Part shown: positions 62,150-64,000 of the stretch, one piece after another
How the letters are laid out: each line of letters begins with the position of its first letter
How positions within the stretch are numbered: position 1 is the stretch's first letter
Translations under genes and position numbers: made by a program
The notes under the pieces: model-generated
Told to the model about the DNA's origin: nothing
Database searches by the model: none
Seen by the model: only the letters and a program-made list of their open reading frames with translations
Assembly: GCA_030390025.1 (NCBI GenBank)
Contig: CM059449.1
Span: 33,294,001 to 33,358,000, forward strand
Direction of reading: 5' to 3'
Origin: Squalus acanthias
Lineage: Eukaryota
Length of the DNA: 64,000 bases

Positions 62150-63650
62150 AACACCCTCTGTCCATTTCACCTTCCTGTCTGTGTCCCGCTGAAGTCTATA
62201 ACTATCCTCATCACTATCTGTTACTTTGTCAAGTTTCGCATCATCTGCAAACTTAATGATGCTGGTACCTACACCCATGTCTAGGACGTTTACAAAAATG
62301 GAAAGGATTAATGGACTCAAAACTGACCCTTGGGGAAGACTACTGCAAACCACCACCCAGTCTGAAGAAAGTCCACCCACCACTACCCTTTGCTTCCTGT
62401 CACTGAGCTAATTTATCAGCTATACCGCCACGTTCCCCTTAATTCCATGGTCTTATATTTTCTCAATAAGCCTCCTGTGTGGCACTTTGTCAAACGACTT
62501 CTGAAAGTCCATATATACAATATCTACTAGGCTACTTTGATCATCCTTATCTGTATATAAATAAATAATTCAATCAATTAGTCAGACACAATTTATGTTG
62601 AACAAATCTATTGTGGTTCTCCTTGAGTAACATATTGGCCCAAAAATTAGTGCCGCTACGCGAGAGTACGCACTGTGTACTCTCGCGTATTCTGTCTCCA
62701 ATTGCCGGTTTTCTGCATGCACTGCGCATGCGCTGAAAACCGGCACTAGGTGATTTCAAAAGGGGGCGGTTCCTAGGTGAACCGCGTGCGCGCTACAGGC
62801 TGCGCGCACGCAGTGCACTTAGTGCTTTGAACGCGCAGGTAAGCATGGAACATTTTACACATGAAGAAAGGAGGCGTAAGACCCTCTTTTAACAAGGTAA
62901 GTAGTTAATTAAGTATTATTTTGAATTTTTTTTCAACAGGTATATCTTTTTTAGAGACTTTAAAGAAAGGTAAGTTTATTTTTATAACTTTCTAAAAGAT
63001 TTTAAATTTTTTCAAAAATTTAATTTTTTGTTTAAAGTGGTTAATTTATTTTACTATACTTATTTTATTAATGTGATGGTTTTTAAAAAAAAATAATTGA
63101 GGTTTAGCTGTTCTTTTGGGGGGTATAGTATTCATAGCTTTCACAGCCGTGCTGTGAAAGCTATGAATGAAAAATGGTGTGCTTCCATTGGCTCTAACTG
63201 AGTCACGTGATCCCACAGCTCGCACGAATTAACTGCGCCTGTGGGATACGAAAGCCCTGCACAGCTGCTGTCCAGAACATCAAGTTCGTGCGAGCTGGGA
63301 ATAAAAAAACAGCGCGCAGTGAGAGATCGCGGGGAAGCCTTACCCTCGCACGAAGGCTCACTCACTAATTTTTGGGCCATTGCCTTTCCAAATGAAAGTA
63401 TATTTGGTCCGTGATAATGGTTTCCAATAACTTCCTCACTACCGATGTTAGGCTGACTCGCATGTAATTTCCGAATTATCCCTCTCCCCTTTCTTGAATA
63501 GTGGTATAACATTAGCAATCCTACAGTCCTCTGGCACTACTGCTATATCCAATTAGGATTGATAGAATGTGAACAATGCCTCTGCTAGGTCTATCTGTAC
63601 TTATTTAAGCAGCCTAGGATAGATTCCATCTGGACCAGGTGACTCAACAA
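62150..63650 (-). mobile_element. Degenerate CR1 RT fragment split by a MITE
   Basis: LPQGSVLSP, IIKFADDAKL, LQRDTDR. Confidence 0.75.
62637..63378 (+). mobile_element. ~740-bp MITE (Harbinger-like), family A
   Basis: Perfect 16-bp TIR GGCCCAAAAATTAGTG, 3-bp TSD ATT (62634-62636 and 63379-63381), AT-rich core; inserted in a CR1 remnant. Confidence 0.85.
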
Positions 63651-63794
63651 ATTTCAGATGTTGTCTCTTTCATCGGATTTTTAAGGATTTTATTATTAAT
63701 TTTTATTTCTTATTCGGTTTGCAATGAATTTCGGTCGAAGTTTGACATTTACTGAAAAGGAAATGGACCCAATTAGGAGTGAGGAAGTCAGGCT

Positions 63795-64000
63795 GTCAAT
63801 CATACTGGGAGTGAGGACGGTTGGGCTGTGACTCAGACTGGGAGTGAGGCAGCTGGGACTGTTAATCAGTCAGTGTGGGAGTGGGCTGTCAATCAGACAG
63901 TGAGTGAGTGGGGCTGTCAATCTGACAGTGTGGGAGCGGGGCGGTCAATCAGACAGTGTGAGAGCGGGGCTGTCAATCTGACAGTGTGGGAGTGGGAGTC
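63795..64000. repeat. Minisatellite, ~29-31 bp unit (GGGGCTGTCAATCAGACAGTGTGGGAGT-like), running off the window end
   Basis: About seven degenerate tandem units visible. Confidence 0.8.

Noticed and set aside
63795-64000. CRISPR-like array
   Set aside because: Eukaryotic context, no unique spacers and no cas genes; it is a minisatellite.

Overview
Repeat-rich vertebrate DNA, very probably shark or another cartilaginous fish. This is inferred from the CR1, Penelope, SacSINE1-like and Harbinger-MITE repertoire and the gene types; the species cannot be determined. Host genes read from the sequence: (1) an apparently intact non-classical MHC class I heavy-chain gene on + (leader 8097-8148, alpha1 12434-12694, alpha2 16817-17092, alpha3 17320-17586, TM 20450-20557, tail exons ~21885-22189), with an X2/Y-box promoter and an unusually hydrophobic/aromatic groove; (2) a frameshifted orphan paralogous alpha1 exon at 2717-2976; (3) a cluster of GPR139/142-like class A GPCRs: one intact two-exon gene on - (52503-41870, 327 aa), one disrupted exon 2 on - (29826-28521) and an orphan promoter+exon 1 on + (36985-37054). 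Most of the rest is transposon-derived: many CR1 fragments; a CR1 nested in antisense inside a near-identical CR1 that carries the same frameshift; two Penelope elements with inverted terminal repeats, TSDs and hammerhead-like cores; a Harbinger derivative that kept its Myb/SANT gene but lost the transposase core; and two TIR-bounded MITE families. There is an assembly gap at 18944-19432. All alignments were done by eye and no database searches were run.
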